Assembly: GCA_025201805.1 (NCBI GenBank)
Contig: MU619303.1
Coordinates: 107,565 to 171,564, forward strand
Length of the DNA: 64,000 bases
Reading direction: 5' to 3'
Source: Parasitella parasitica NRRL 2501
Lineage: Eukaryota; Fungi; Mucoromycota
The position numbers and the translations under genes were made by a program. Position 1 is the stretch's first letter; each line of letters starts with the position of its first letter. Positions 12,974 through 26,294 of the stretch are shown here, piece after piece. A model generated the notes under the pieces. That model did not search any database. It saw nothing but the letters and a program-made list of their open reading frames with translations, and was not told the origin of the DNA.

Positions 12974-14247
12974 CTAATTGAGCATACACCCATATTCTTC
13001 CCGCAGATTATAAAAATGGAAAGATCCAATGTAATGAAACTATATTATACAACGAATGAGTTAGAAATAGGTAATTCAATGGGATATCAGATTAACTTAC
13101 AAAAATTCCTAAACAAACAAATATATGCCATATGGCATGACTTGTCATACCTGCAGCATCAAATTTACCAGGAAAGAACTTTTCAGGGAAGCGCTTGCCA
13201 TAAACAATGACACCACAAACGTACATGAGAGCGCCTAACAAAGCAGGCCTGAGGAAAGTTCCTGTTGCTATGGTACCCTTGACTGTAGTTAAATGTAGGA
13301 GGGGGACAACGCTGGAAAATGCCATAGCAACGAAAAGTCCGATACGAAGGGGTCTGTATCTTTTGGTGTCAAAAAATCTGAAAAAGGGCAAAATTACACC
13401 AATGCTCCCAATTAAGCAGCTAAACAGCATGTAGCGGGTGCGAGGGATAGGGTCACAGTAGAATCCAAAATGCACAACCATGGAGATAGAAGCAGTGATT
13501 AAAAATGTGATGCCAATGTAATCCAATGTAGCAGTAAAGCTTTTGATATGGTGAGCAGAGTGGCAAACAAAAGTGTGGTAAATGGATGAACATAAAAGAC
13601 AGGTTAATGAGGCTAAACAAAAAGCAGTGAACATGACTAAATCTTGATTAGAAGCGTCAGGGAACTTTCTCTGTAAAATATATTTAGTCTTTATCCATGC
13701 GAGTCTTCACTATTGTGTACAAGCATACCTGAAATACATTGACTGAGAGGTACAGAAAGAAAAAGAATCCTAGTAAATGGCTCCAAATATTCATAGTTTC
13801 GTTGTGTAGAGTAAACAAAGATCGAAGGCAGTCTTTGCTGTTGCGATAGAACCGATAACCCGATAAAACATATTGATTTTCTTGCCGATCCTTGGGCAAC
13901 TCCTCAATAAGTAATAAACGTTTTGAGCCGAGCATCAAGGCCTTGGCGGTCTCCCAGGTTTCATGAATTTGGCCATCCATATACTCCAAAAAGGAAGGGT
14001 CATCGTATTCTTCCTTTGTCTTTAATTTGTTATTCACAGTTGCCAAAATCTGAGCTGCTAAAGAAGATCCTGGAACAACAGATGTCGAAAATGAGCGTCC
14101 ACGGGCGTAAGGAACAGTTAAGTTCTCCTTTGCTGAAGAAGCAGAAATGACATGAGATTGAGAATATCGACGCAAATGAAGATTGCTTTGATCTGATAAT
14201 AGATCATCGCCTAAAAGAGGTTGCTCTGCAATCTGTGGTGGTGCCAT
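12974..14247 (-). CDS. PAQR / hemolysin-III family membrane protein (IZH/adiponectin-receptor-like); exons 14247-13729, 13670-13101, 13039-12974
   Basis: ENQYVLSGYR, HNETMNIWSH, SSIYHTF, LDYIGI, RFPEKFFPGKFD, SHAIWHIFV and terminal FHY. Confidence 0.93.
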
Positions 14248-16343
14248 TCTGTTGTCAATGTACTGTGTATATAGTTTTCGGGTAGAACTTGTTGGATTGA
14301 TGACCTATTCAAATCTACAGAAAATATATATATACACTTGGGAAAAAAAAAGGAAGAAGATACTAGTGAAACAGAAAGAGATGAAAGAAAGATGCTGAGA
14401 TTTAGTAGTTCGTTTATATACTAACAGAGACTAGGAGAAAGATAACCAGTGAGGTACCTTCTTTCAGTAGATTCCCCCAAACGGTGTTGATCGCTGGCCA
14501 ATCGGATACTGACGCAGAACTGGTAAGGTACCACTCTTTTTGCTGTTTATCTCCCTAATTTGGTTGAAATCTCATCACTTCAAGGTCTGATTTCTTGTTC
14601 CTGAAATAAGCAATAAATCAAAAATGAAGCTGAGAGTTTAGAAAATTGTCTTCATATGCTTACAGCAATTGACCAGAACGATGTCTACATATTAAAAAAT
14701 TACCTATTATGGTCTTTCAATAATCTGGTTTTGTAAAATTAAGTAGTTTTTCGACTTTTATTAGCTTAAACTATGCAATTTAGTGGTTAACATTACGAGA
14801 TTGTATATTAATGTCAAATCAACTCGCATTGTCTAGTAATTCAAATTCTGTTGAACGAATCGATATTAATTTTACATTCTGCAAGACCTTTTATGTATTT
14901 CTGAACAGCTTTTGTGAACTCGACACAGTTTAAAAAAATTCGCCAAAATTAATTCGAAAACTGTTATTTGTTTCGCACTAAAGCTAATCAAACATATCTA
15001 TGATTTCACATATTACAGAATAAAGTAATCTACATTTGGTACTTTACTATACTTCTGGATATCTTTAAAAATTAGCAATCTGTGTACATTTTACGTTTAC
15101 TCCTTTGCGACCAACACTCCTTCTTTCCCCTTTTATGTATTGCTCACCGAAAGAATACATAAAGAATATGAGCAAAAAGGTTTGGGTCAAATATAACAAA
15201 GTTACCTTGTAAAGATAAGAATGATTTTAATACATACAACGCACGTTTGATCGAAGGCAACTCTCTTATCTTCAAAATATGTTACATATTTCGTGAGGCT
15301 TTGTTTTTACCGTACTGTTTTAGCACCGATACATTTGATTCAGCTGTTCCAAGGCATTGAACATCTGATTTCCTTTCAAATTAGCGTGGTAAAATATTAA
15401 TGGCGAGCATATCCTCAAACAAGGGAAATTGAATGAAAAATCTTTGGCGCTTTATTTGAGTGATTTTTAAAAGGAATTATAAAAGTATAGAATATCTATT
15501 TCTCTGCTGATACTCGCTTTCGCCTGCCATTAAGTGGTCGTTAATCCAATATCCTGATGTCCCCACTTTGCCTAAATTGTAAAATCCGTCAATAGTCGAA
15601 GAAAAAGGTTGAAATTAGGGCACTATTATGGTGTGAGAGAAGCGCAGAAATAAAGAGAATGGCAAGACTAGCAGGTATGCTCACACATGTTTGATCTTGC
15701 TTGATCCGTCCCTCGAAACCGTTCACACCCAACCCTTCAGCATTCTTGGTGAGCTCGTACAGAGGGAGTGAAAGAGCTGTGTCTGCTCAAACTATTACCA
15801 AATATAAACGTAAGGTGGGTTGGCTGGGTGAATGGAACCATTGTAAACATTGCCGAAATTAGAACATAATACATACTCTGAAGATTATAAGGCAAGTGCC
15901 TGGCACCAGCTATATCATATGTAAACTTCCTATCATCCCTGTAATTGCTTCCACAATACACAAGGCCGGAGCCGCTATTGCTTGTGTCAAAATTTATGCT
16001 ATTAGAATCAAGAAAGCTTCTAGTTTTTAAAAGTTTCTTCATTTCTTAACATGAAGAAAAAAGCCTACACATTGATGTTGGCGTTATTTCATAAACACTT
16101 CAAGAGAAAAAATATTTGGAGATACTATTATGCAGTAAATATTAATTTATATATGCTATTTCTTGTTCTCAAAGTTTATTATGATGTATATTGATATATG
16201 CAACTTGCAATATTGATTGTTTTTAACCTTTTTTTTTTTCAAAAAAAATGATGATTAATTGCGGTTCTTGAGCAGTCTATTCCATTTTCCTCTTCTTCTT
16301 TCTCTCTTTTTGTCTATATTTTAAATTGAGGTTTCGTACGAAG

Positions 16344-17196
16344 ATGATAACTCCAACAACCTCTTTCTCTTCATCATTAAATGCTACGGCAACAGCATCC
16401 AAGGCAACGACAGCAGATAATTTAACTCCGATTGAAGGGTAAACCCACATACATCAGGTCCACATGATATAGAAAATTAACATATCTATGTGTAGTGTTG
16501 TATTAAAGGTGGGAATTATTGGAGATGCACAGATTGGAAAGACCAGCTTGATGATAAAATATGCAGAAGGCGTGTATGAAACAGAGTACATTCAAACACT
16601 AGGTGTTAATTTCATGGAAAAAACGATCTCAATCCGCGATTCTGAATTCACATTCTGTATATGGGACCTGGGAGGTAGACTATATTACCCAAAAGCACGT
16701 TACCAGTGTGCAAGAGTAAATTAACATGCGTTGTAAATAGGTGAAAAGGAGTTTACTAGCATGTTGCCACTTGTGTGTAGTGATGCAGTCGCTATTTTAT
16801 TTACATTTGATCTATCAAGAAAGTCTACCTTAAATAGCTTAAAGGAGTGGTATAGGCAAGCCAGAGGGTTGAATAAGGTTACTAGTTATATTGTGTATTC
16901 TATTTTATAATTTACTGATAGTATTTTACTTTGAATAGAGTGCAGTGCCTTTGTTGGTGGGTACAAAATACGACGAGTTTATCAATTTATCTGATGCTGA
17001 TCAAGAAGAAATCACGACACAAGCAAGAAAATACTCAAAAGCCATGAAAGCTCCACTTGTTTTTTGCTCAACTGCTGAATCAATCAATGTACAGAAGATA
17101 TACAAGCTTGTATTAGCAAAGGTGTTTGATTTAAAGTGTACATTACCAGAAATTTCTGATGTTGGAGCTCCCATTCTTGAATACAAGCATTGCTAA
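16344..17196 (+). CDS. SPG1: Septation/mitotic-exit small GTPase Spg1/Tem1 (4 exons)
   Basis: GDAQIGKTSLMIKY, YIQTLGVNFMEKTI, IWDLGG, MLPLVCSDAVAILFTFDLSRKSTLNS, VGTKYD, C-terminal GAPILEY without CAAX. Confidence 0.9.
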
Positions 17197-17369
17197 TTGA
17201 ATTATTTTTATTTTTAAACCATTTCAATAAAACAATAACAATGTCTATGGGATATTAATAGAAAAATTAAAGCAGTATTATTATTAAGTGGCATGTCTAT
17301 ATAATCTATTTTTTCATAATAATGAAAAAGGGGGGGGGGGGTTTGGAGGGTGTCTTTTATACGAGAGAA

Positions 17370-17383
17370 GCGAAACCAGCCGC
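17370..17383 (-). promoter_or_regulatory. 3'-UTR hairpin with CUGGUU loop (SRE-like), paralog 1
   Basis: Minus strand GCGG-CTGGTT-TCGC, 24 nt after the stop; equivalent element in the other two paralogs. Confidence 0.55.
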
Positions 17384-17407
17384 ATAAATGTGTTAATAAT
17401 GTAAACT

Positions 17408-17800
17408 TTAAATAGACCATGAAATAGGAATACGACCATCATTTAGTTTAGCAATCTTTTGAAATGCGGCTCTGCTCATATCAACGTCTCCCCTTTTACA
17501 GCCAGGGCATGTATCAACAATCTTTAAGGTGACAGAACCATGTTCACTTTTGACATTAATAGATTTACCACAATATGAGCTTTTCGGGCCAGATCCCATC
17601 CATTCAATAGAAATCGCAGCCACAAGATCATCGTTAGAGTAATCCCCTCCACATGAGCTTCCTCCAACTGTGTAAAATGTACCATCTCCAGTCAACGAAT
17701 CGCGGATATGAAGACGGTTTTTGATGGGAGCAGCTTGCACCGACACGGATAATGTTGAGGCAAAAAATATAAGACTAATAGCTGATAATAAAAATTGCAT
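17408..17800 (-). CDS. Secreted loosenin/expansin-like RlpA double-psi beta-barrel protein (paralog 1)
   Basis: Signal peptide; GDGTFY..G.SCG, CGKSI, IVDTCPGC..GDVDMS..AF, GRIPISW. Confidence 0.9.
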   Translation of the reverse strand: MQFLLSAISLIFFASTLSVSVQAAPIKNRLHIRDSLTGDGTFYTVGGSSCGGDYSNDDLVAAISIEWMGSGPKSSYCGKSINVKSEHGSVTLKIVDTCPGCKRGDVDMSRAAFQKIAKLNDGRIPISWSI

Positions 17801-19439
17801 TGTTGATAGAAGAAGAAAGAGAGAATGTCAGTGATAGCTTATTTTTTTTAGGCAAAATAGGAAAAAAAAAGAGGGAAATAATTCAAGAAAGAGTTCGAAG
17901 ATGTCAAAGTACATGTTGTATTTATATATCTCATCGTGTACCCTTGAAAAAGGTAATAATCTAGCAGCACCAGTGAAAGCAGCAGCATCAACGACAGCTG
18001 TGTTATGTACTAAGGGGGTTTGAAGGGGTTCTGGAACTGGTTCCAACAGTTTTAAATCGATATAAATCTACCATAACAGTACTATAAATATAACGAAACG
18101 GAGGTGTCAATAGTAAATTGTACAATGTATCGATATTCGGGTTTTCTTTGCAAAAGTGTTATTTAGGAAGAAGAAGAGTAATAATTTTTTGTTAGTAAAA
18201 TATACATGTAATGCTTGTTGGCTTACAATAAAGTTTCAGCTTCAGGGACAATGATACTCTACCCACAAATAAAGATAACATCAAGTGATGTTTCCACCTC
18301 AATACCATTTGCATATATAAAAAGCTTTTGTCTACTACGGTATTACCTTGTACCTTACTATCATTATTATTTGGTGTTATGAATATTTAGTGTCATGAGG
18401 AATTAATGTTAATACGTTACACTGGATTATAAATCCGAGAGCGTTTTCGTTACTTTGATAAGTAATGCGAAAACAAACATAGATGTACAATCTCCACTTT
18501 TTTGTTTCTCTTTTTGATTATTCGCGCAATTGTATGGAAGAAAACTGAAATGCTTCGAATTTCATTGTTCATAAGTCTCTTTCGAAGACATATATTATTA
18601 AAACTATGAAAGGTATCTATCAAATAAACATCGCCCCTCTCTTTTTCACTTTCACAAAGTATTGCTGAAGCATGTTTGTGTGTGATTGGCTGTGTCAAAC
18701 TGTAGTATTCCAAGCATGTATTTTCTTGAACTTCTTTTATTAACATGATCATGTCATCCAAACCTATGTAACTGTTCATTTCAAAAAGAGCCAAAATATC
18801 ATGATTTTCTAGATAAGCAGGTACTGTTTATGATGGTTTAATTAGCAAATGAGCCTATAAATATGTCAGGCGAGAGACACTTGCAATAAATGTTTGTGAT
18901 TTTTTTTTTTCATTCTTTTCTTATGAGGCCCCTTATAAATATTAGAATCATTAAATAAAATACCAGAAATATCTATCTTTTTCTTATCGATTATAACAAT
19001 ATGCAGCAATCAAGTGTTGATAGTAATGCAGTAGTAAATACCTACATTGTAGTTGAATAACCATAAACTCAGTTTGTTTGTCGCCATCCCAACCTATTGT
19101 CACTCATGCTCATGTGATAATGGTACATGAACAGTATTTGGTTTTGTCAATGGATATTTTACATAAATAATCAACATCAGATAACTTTTTGTACAAATCA
19201 ACATCGATAATCACGTTTATTGCATTACTATATCAAGACCTTTTTTTAATTACATAAGTTTCAATACTGTTATGCTATTTCCTTCTGACGCATTCAATTG
19301 CTTATTTGGCATATGCAATGATACCGTTTCTTAAAGTAGACTCCTTCAAATGAACTTCAAGGGCATACAATCAGCGATTTCCTGGAGTTCTAAAAAATGG
19401 CAAAACGTAAAAGTTTCTTTTTCAGAAAGCTAAATAAGT

Positions 19440-19955
19440 ACAGATTTTCTTTACGAGGATGGGAAGGAGAGAATTGATGCGATGGAATTAGAAGAGGCTA
19501 ACTTACATCACCTTGGAAACATTAACCCGCAAGACTTTATTACGAAAAACAGAGCTCAGAGTGAATCTCGGTTGATAAAGCTTCAATGTTACTTGCGAAA
19601 AAAAAAACTGTATAATTGAATAAAGCTCTTCAATGCTATCAAGATTGGAATATTTTGGCAAAAGCAAACGAACATAGTTAATAGGCTTGATAATAGTTTG
19701 AGATTCAGCTGATCAATTTTTATGATGATACCGTAATACTCATGCTAGAAGATTGGTGTCAGAAACTTTATGAAAGAAGGATGCAGCCTTTTATTTTTTT
19801 AAAAAAAAACTCACCCTTCACCTGAAAGCAGAAAATCATCAATCGAAAGTTATATAGATCGTATAGCATGGATTGAGAAGTGGAATAAGACAGATATGAA
19901 CCATCTCGAAAACTGGGGTTTTATGGCTCAATCGGGTTTCGACTTCAATACGACA
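19440..19955 (+). mobile_element. Second decayed Tc1/mariner transposase remnant
   Basis: 19860-19950 translates RIAWIEKWNKTDMNHLENWGFMAQSGFDFN, a degenerate form of the W..KW..TDMDF..NCVFIDESGF motif; FLYEDGKG near 19445; many stops and frameshifts. Confidence 0.65.
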
Positions 19956-20279
19956 TCTCCTTGAAGATGATCTATTAGCGATCAAACCCTCCATTACCAA
20001 GTTGTCCTAGTAAATCGTCTTAATTTCAAATCTTCCAACAGACGGAACCTTGGTCATCTTACGATCAAGCACAATTCCACAACAGCGTTAAACGAAATTG
20101 GCACTGTTTATAGTTATAAATAACACAATAAAGTATTCACGTGTCAATTTTTTCATATAAAACAATCGTTTTGTATTTTTCCTTTTGCTCTCCCTCTCTT
20201 TTACCACTATTTTAACATTTTTTATATGCTCATCAATTACTTTTAAAAGTTATTGCGACAACAAGGGACATTCAATTCA

Positions 20280-21271
20280 ATGGTAGACTTTACAAAGGAA
20301 TTTTATGATTTTGATCCATTGCCTCGAACAAGTTGGAAGCCTTCTTCTTCATATGATTCTTGTATAACCGACGAAGGCTATCATACAGATGAAAAACCGC
20401 ATCAGCAAAACAAACATGATAACGAAATACCCATTCTGAAAAGTAATCGCACGATGTATGTACTGTAATCCAAACCAATATAGACAAAAAATCTTGAACT
20501 AACTGCCAAATAATATACAGTCAGATATCGTACACACCACTGACATATACCCTTACAATATTCATAATCCTACTATCTATCCATACAATTTCAAAACAAC
20601 CGTTTCCATGGGCACATACATTTCCACCTGTCTTTGTCTTGTTTCATCTATTTTTTCATGTCGCACACTTGATGGCACATCTGCTCAATTGGCTGCAACT
20701 CGAACGCCGTTGTGTTGTGTATGGCACATGGCTGTATTGGACTGGTTGGCTACTTGGCATATTGCTATTTTCTGAACGTCTAGCTGTTCATGTCGCTCAT
20801 AATGCCTCAACTTCCATCCTATTCTGGCTCTTGATGCTTGAAAGAAGAAACGCCTGGGGTATCATTGTTTGGGAATTTGTTAGTAGATTAGATCAAAATC
20901 TGAACTCCTGGTCATCGTCGTCGTCCTCTGGGCCAGGAAACTTAAAGACATCAAGGCCTCTCAAACTATGGGAATTGGGAAGTTTTCGGCTCTTAGTTTT
21001 TCGTGTCTGGTGCTTGCTAGGAACAGGGAGCTTCTGGGGCCTACTGTACATCGGTCTAGCCAAATCAGATGGCTATGCTTTTAAATATTTGTTGCAAATT
21101 CATCACATTATGAAATTGTTGCTGGTCAGCACAATGGGTGGATTCATGATGATTATATTTTGGAGCTTTTGGACCTTTCAATACAAAGGTGTATTGTGGC
21201 AAAAAGAGTCAAGAAAAGGCATCATTGTTTGGTACAGCGATGGTGTAGCTCATGCTGCCGAGGTCGTGTAA
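20280..21271 (+). CDS. Uncharacterised multi-pass membrane protein; exons 20280-20455, 20521-21271
   Basis: GT-AG intron joins the 20253 and 20639 ORFs in frame; several Trp-rich hydrophobic segments; family not recognised. Confidence 0.7.
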
Positions 21272-21725
21272 TTCTACATTGTAAATAAACAAATGCCCTA
21301 TTCTGATTTTCTCAAGTTAAATTGTACCTACAAAGTGTCTTCTTACCAAGCGACATTACCGATTGCAATTTCATGCATTTCATGACAACCACGAATTCAG
21401 TGGCATCCAATAAAAATATTAGGGATTTCGCAGCTGCTTGAAGGGGCATTAGATGATATACAGATGTAGCATACATCAGCAAACTGAACAAATGTCCTGA
21501 TCATGTGCAAAAATATAATGTAATAAATCAAATGTCAAAACATGACGAAAATCAGTACATCCAAATATGAAATGAAGCAATATGAAGCGGATGATGTGAA
21601 TTGGGGTATCATTTAGTCATCAATAAAATGATCCTACTCTTTATGTATAAGAAAAAAAAAATTAAAAAAAAAAAAATTAAAAAAAAAAAGAGAACTGTAC
21701 AAAATGTAATAGAATAAAAACCGGA

Positions 21726-24700
21726 TCAAATCTTTCCTTTATCGACATAATCCTTGAATTGGAATGAGGTGTCTGTGCTCAAGAATTCATGAGCCAATAA
21801 ATCAACGGCAGTTGGTCTCTTTAGAGGGTCGCTATAAATGAGTGCTGTTAGCCCGTAAATAGCAGATGCAAAAAAGCCCAGCTTACATTATAAAGCACTG
21901 CCTCAAAAAATCTTTTGCACAGTCAGATATATTTTCGGGTATAGTGGGTGTATTTAATCTTCCAAGCTACTCCAGATAATGAATTTATAAATACAGGATC
22001 CAACTCCAAACAATTAAACTTACATTGTACAATGCGGCAATCTGGTTCAAAGCGATCCAAGGTCGTTGCCCTGTTAGCATTTCTATCACAGTGCAACCCA
22101 AGCTCCAAATATCGACCTTGGCGCTATAAGGTTCGTTTTTAACCACTTCAGGGGCCATCCAGTAGATGGAACCGCGAAGCGACATTCTAGAATTTTGATC
22201 GTATACTTCATCGTAATCATTCTTTTTGGATAGACCAAAATCTGAGATCTTGCATATACCATCAACTTCTACTAGAATGTTGGCAGCTTTGATATCCTAG
22301 ATACGAAGACGGTAAGTTGCGCATATACACAATGGGCTGTTACAATCCAAAATTTACTCTATGTAAGATATGCTTTGAGTGAAGATAGGCTAGACCACAA
22401 CAGATTTGTCTTGTAAAGTATTTAGTGAGGGCTTCATCAAATGCACCATGCAATGCCAGTCGACTTGCCACGCTGCCACCGGATACATAATCCAAAAAGA
22501 TGTTGATAACGCCTTCTGTATTATCCTGTCCATAGCCAAGATATTGTACAATGTTCTCATGGTCTAGATCTCTCAAGGTCATGATCTCCTGGTAAAGAGC
22601 TTCAACCATGTCGTGCTGGTCCTCATTGAGCAAATCGGACGCAGTTTTAGGGATTTCAACCTGCTTGACAGCAATAACTTCCCCACTACCAACGTTGAAA
22701 GCCAAGTACACTCGACCAAATGAGCCTTTGCCAATCAATTTACCTCGAATCCATTGCATTGTATCGTCATTCTCGCCGCTAGTACCATGCGAGAGACGCA
22801 TTTGTTTGCTGACCGACGGCAAGCGCGCCATCACGTTCTGGCTACGAGCCTTGAGTTCTACCACACGCTGGCCCCATAGCTTGGTGCTCTTTCGACGCAC
22901 CATTTTGTTGTTTGTGTATCTTCGGCTAGCTTCACGTGCAACCAGTCGAACAGATTTAGTATGACGTTTGGTAGGCTCCACTATAACTTCTTTGTCTAGA
23001 TCTTTGCTATCAAAATACTGTTCCATGTGCTGGAATACGACTTCTGCAGGAGGCCTTTCTCCCCAAAAAACTGCTCCACTAGATTTTTTAAGGGGTGGAG
23101 TAGGCATTGGTTTCTTAGCGGCGGATTTCTGAGATGGATTGATCTGCATTTGATCTAGATCATTGGATATGTCATTTGTGGTATTAGGCATAGCAGCCCA
23201 TAGTTGCTGCTGCTGTGATTGGGATTGAGGCTGCTGTGTAGGGGGTACAGCCCACAAGTTGGCGCACAAGCTGCCTTTGTTTTCAAGCATCTTGTCCATG
23301 TCCGGCTCTGATCGACGCCACGATGTTTGTGGGGATGGTACAATGAGTGGATCACTGCCTGTCCTACATTTTGCAATTTGAGGTGGATCACACAACTGGA
23401 TGCCAACATGCTGTGGTTGCTGTGTGTGTTGAGGTTGTGGTCTCCTCGCTGCTTTTCGGCATAGAGGCTTAAACGTTGGCGAGCTCTTATTCCCTGTGCG
23501 GGTGGGGCTAGTTCATGCACATTAGTACTTACGGAACGGCCATCAAGGCTCGAAGCTTACCTTTGATTTTGCAGAATATCAGCAGTTGGTGATTTGCCCA
23601 ACTCTGGTGTGGATAGGGTAAATGTATAATCGTTGAAGAGCGGGTGATGAGCAATTACAGGTTTTACTAGTATTCGCTGAGATGCCGAGCGATCGGCAGT
23701 GGAGCATAGATACATGATTTCTTGGGGGTCCATTGGCGTGTCTAAATATGATAAAAAGGAGATATTTTAGTGTTTGTTTTGGTCAAAATATGAATGATAA
23801 GATTTACCTGGATCAGAACCATTTTCATGGAAATATTGATACAGATCACAATCACCGCCAAATTGCATACGTCTCAGGATGTGCTGTTTGATGGCCACCG
23901 GGTCTCTCATATTGGTCACATTGAGACTGTACCAAGTGTCCTTGTCTGCCGTAATCTGAATTCTTTGCTCCGCTGGTCTCTTTGATAGCGAAGGCTGCTG
24001 ATGTTCGTAGGAGTGCGACGATGGCGACAGTCTTTTGGTATTTAGCGAGGGCGATGAGGAATGCCAGTTTGCATAAGAGGCCCAAAACTTTGAAATTTTG
24101 TCTGGGGTGGATGATACACGTGCTGGTATCACTGGAGAGGTTCGCCTGGTTCGGTCGTCGTCGCCCGATTCATGCCGTCTATAACGCGGACCTGAAGCTG
24201 CTGAGTTTTGCTGTTGCTGCTGCTGTTGTTGTTGTTGTTGTTGTTGTTGTTGGGTATTAAAATGGAAAGGGTGCACAACAGTTGTCGTTTGCATTTGATT
24301 TAACGGAGCATGTGATCTGAAAGTATTTTTTATTTTGTAGAAAGCTGCTTTTGGCGAGTAAGAGGATCTTGTCGGTGAGGTGTTGCTGTACTTTTTCGAA
24401 AACGGTGCGATCAAATGGTCAGAAGACGGCGATGCTGAAGGCGAAGGTGATGAGGATCCAGCGGAATAGTGGGGTAAATAGCCAATGCCACTGTCTCTCG
24501 CAGTGGTATGATCAGCAACTGTGCTTTGCGGACTGATTGAGGGAATAATTTTAGATGCGGCTCCTCTTTTCCCGTTCTCCCCTAATCTCGTATATTCATG
24601 TAAATTTGTATTAATTGAAATCTATATGATAAGGTTAATATAGGCATTTAGGAGTATTTCGTATTTGTTTAGATTGCCTTGCTTGGTGTGCTCGGTGCAG

Positions 24701-25116
24701 GCTTCTGCTGCTGCCCAGGTGATGTAGGAACTAATGATCTGATCTCGCTCAAAAGTCTCCGTCTTTCATAGTAGGTTGTCATGGTTCTAAGCTGCTCTTT
24801 TAGTGAATAAATTCATGCTAGTTATTTTTGCGACATATAATTTAATACCTGGGTAAATACTCGACCAATTCAGCCAGGGTAATTTGAAAGAATCGTTCTC
24901 GACAAATGCCATGCTCTACATATGAGTGAATGTTGGTTAAAACGAAATTTGCTTTGGCATGCATTGTGTATTACTTTCAAACGTAGAAGCAAACTGGCCC
25001 CAACCCTTCTCTTCCAGCCATCGTGTCACTGTTTCTTGATTCCATGCATCGACTGCCGAGTCTCCTAAAAGTATCCGGATGTCGTTTTTCGTTGGTGGGT
25101 CCAATTGTTTAACCAT
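21726..25116 (-). CDS. BCK1: MAP kinase kinase kinase, Bck1/Mkh1-like (cell-wall integrity), multi-exon, with N-terminal SAM-like domain
   Basis: WIRGKLIGKGSFGRVY, AVKQVE, LRDLDHENIVQYLG, HRDIKAANIL, ISDFGLSK, GSIYWMAPE; Bck1-type RPPAEVVFQHMEQYF and RRKSTKLWG; N-terminal WNQETVTRWLEEKGW. Confidence 0.88.
24210..24252. repeat. CAA/CAG trinucleotide tract (poly-Gln in MAPKKK)
   Basis: (ttg)n/(ctg)n run on + strand; QQQQQQQQQQQQQQ in 23767..24414 ORF. Confidence 0.9.
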
Positions 25117-25451
25117 CGAAATTGGTTGATTTGTGTCAACAAAAAGTAGATGATTTGTCTGGTGTATTTAACAGTAGTGCACAGTAGAAACAAAAGTGGG
25201 TTTAAACAGTTTATACAGCAGTAGATAATAATCAGCTAAAGAAGATGATGAAAAAGAGAGAAGAAAGGGTGAGCAGGTGAGAGTGGACGAGTGAGAGTGA
25301 GAGAGAAAAAGAGTGAAAAAGAAGGGGACAAGGGATGAAATTTAGGGAGAGTAGAGAAACACCCAGTTTTTTATTTGAAAATTAGTGAGTGTAACGTTTT
25401 TGGTTATGTAATCGTTTCAAGTAATGTGCTAACGTTTGGATCCAATAGACA

Positions 25452-26294
25452 TTATGAAATAATACCATCCTTCATCATTGCATCAATCAATTCTTGCAAT
25501 GGCTGGATTTCCTTTTTCTCTAATAGATCAAATTCTTTGGCAAACGATATAAAATGTGCAAATAATGAATTCAAGTGAGGCTCTTCGGATAGAGATAAAA
25601 TCTTATCATAATGGTGGTGGTATATATGTGCAAATAATCGAAACAGTTGTCCAAAAATACGTCGAATAAGCTGTGGAAATTCTCTTGGAAATTCTCGGCC
25701 TACTTTTGTAGGGAATAACGTCTCATCGCCCATCATATTTTGTATACTAGACGCCATGTAGTCAATATACTGTGGTGCTGATAGCCTGATCTTTTTATTC
25801 GAAGCATCCACCCAAGTATACTCAATCCTAAAGTACATCATGATCATTATCCATGTTTACTCGCTAAACACAGTACCTAGTTACCCTGGTCCAGCAGACA
25901 TGGCAGGACACATGTGTGGCGTACAGAAATCAGTGATTGACCCATAAAACATGTTGATATGATTGAAAAATTCAAAAGCTAAAATTCGAAATATCGTCAG
26001 TACGAGTTCATTTATATAAATCCCATAAGAAAACCAACTGTTAAACGCAAGCCATTCATCCACATCGATGTACTTTGGTAATTCAGTGATTGTCTTAAAG
26101 CTGCCTTTGACCAGCATGTGTGTTACATATGGATTGGTTAGAAATAACGGCTTTGTATGATGTGGGAAGCTGGTTGACCCTTTTATTTTGGATAATTTAT
26201 TCTTTTTTCCACCTAAACTGTGTATTCACGATACTATTTAAGAAAAACAATTACAACGCTATGGTTAAGTTTACCTGAAATTTAAAAAACTCAT
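25452..26294 (-). CDS. MOB2: Mob2-type NDR-kinase activator (4 exons)
   Basis: LVKGSFKTITELPKYIDVDEWLA, CPAMSAG, APQYID, FPTK, LFRLFAHIYHHH, HLNSLFAHF. Confidence 0.9.

Noticed and set aside
14430-14590. GGTACCTT/AAGGTACC inverted repeat and CACTTCAAGGT as a zinc-responsive element upstream of the PAQR/IZH gene
   Set aside because: Two mismatches to the 11-nt Zap1 consensus ACCTTNAAGGT; short matches expected by chance
15480-16042. 101-aa minus-strand ORF and adjacent open frames
   Set aside because: No recognisable motif or coherent splice model
17828-18046. 72-aa ORF upstream of loosenin paralog 1
   Set aside because: TTG start; overlaps the TATA region of the real gene
16344-26294. SPG1, BCK1 and MOB2 near each other as a morphogenesis cluster
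   Set aside because: Different pathways, unrelated genes interspersed, no shared motif seen; plausible by chance
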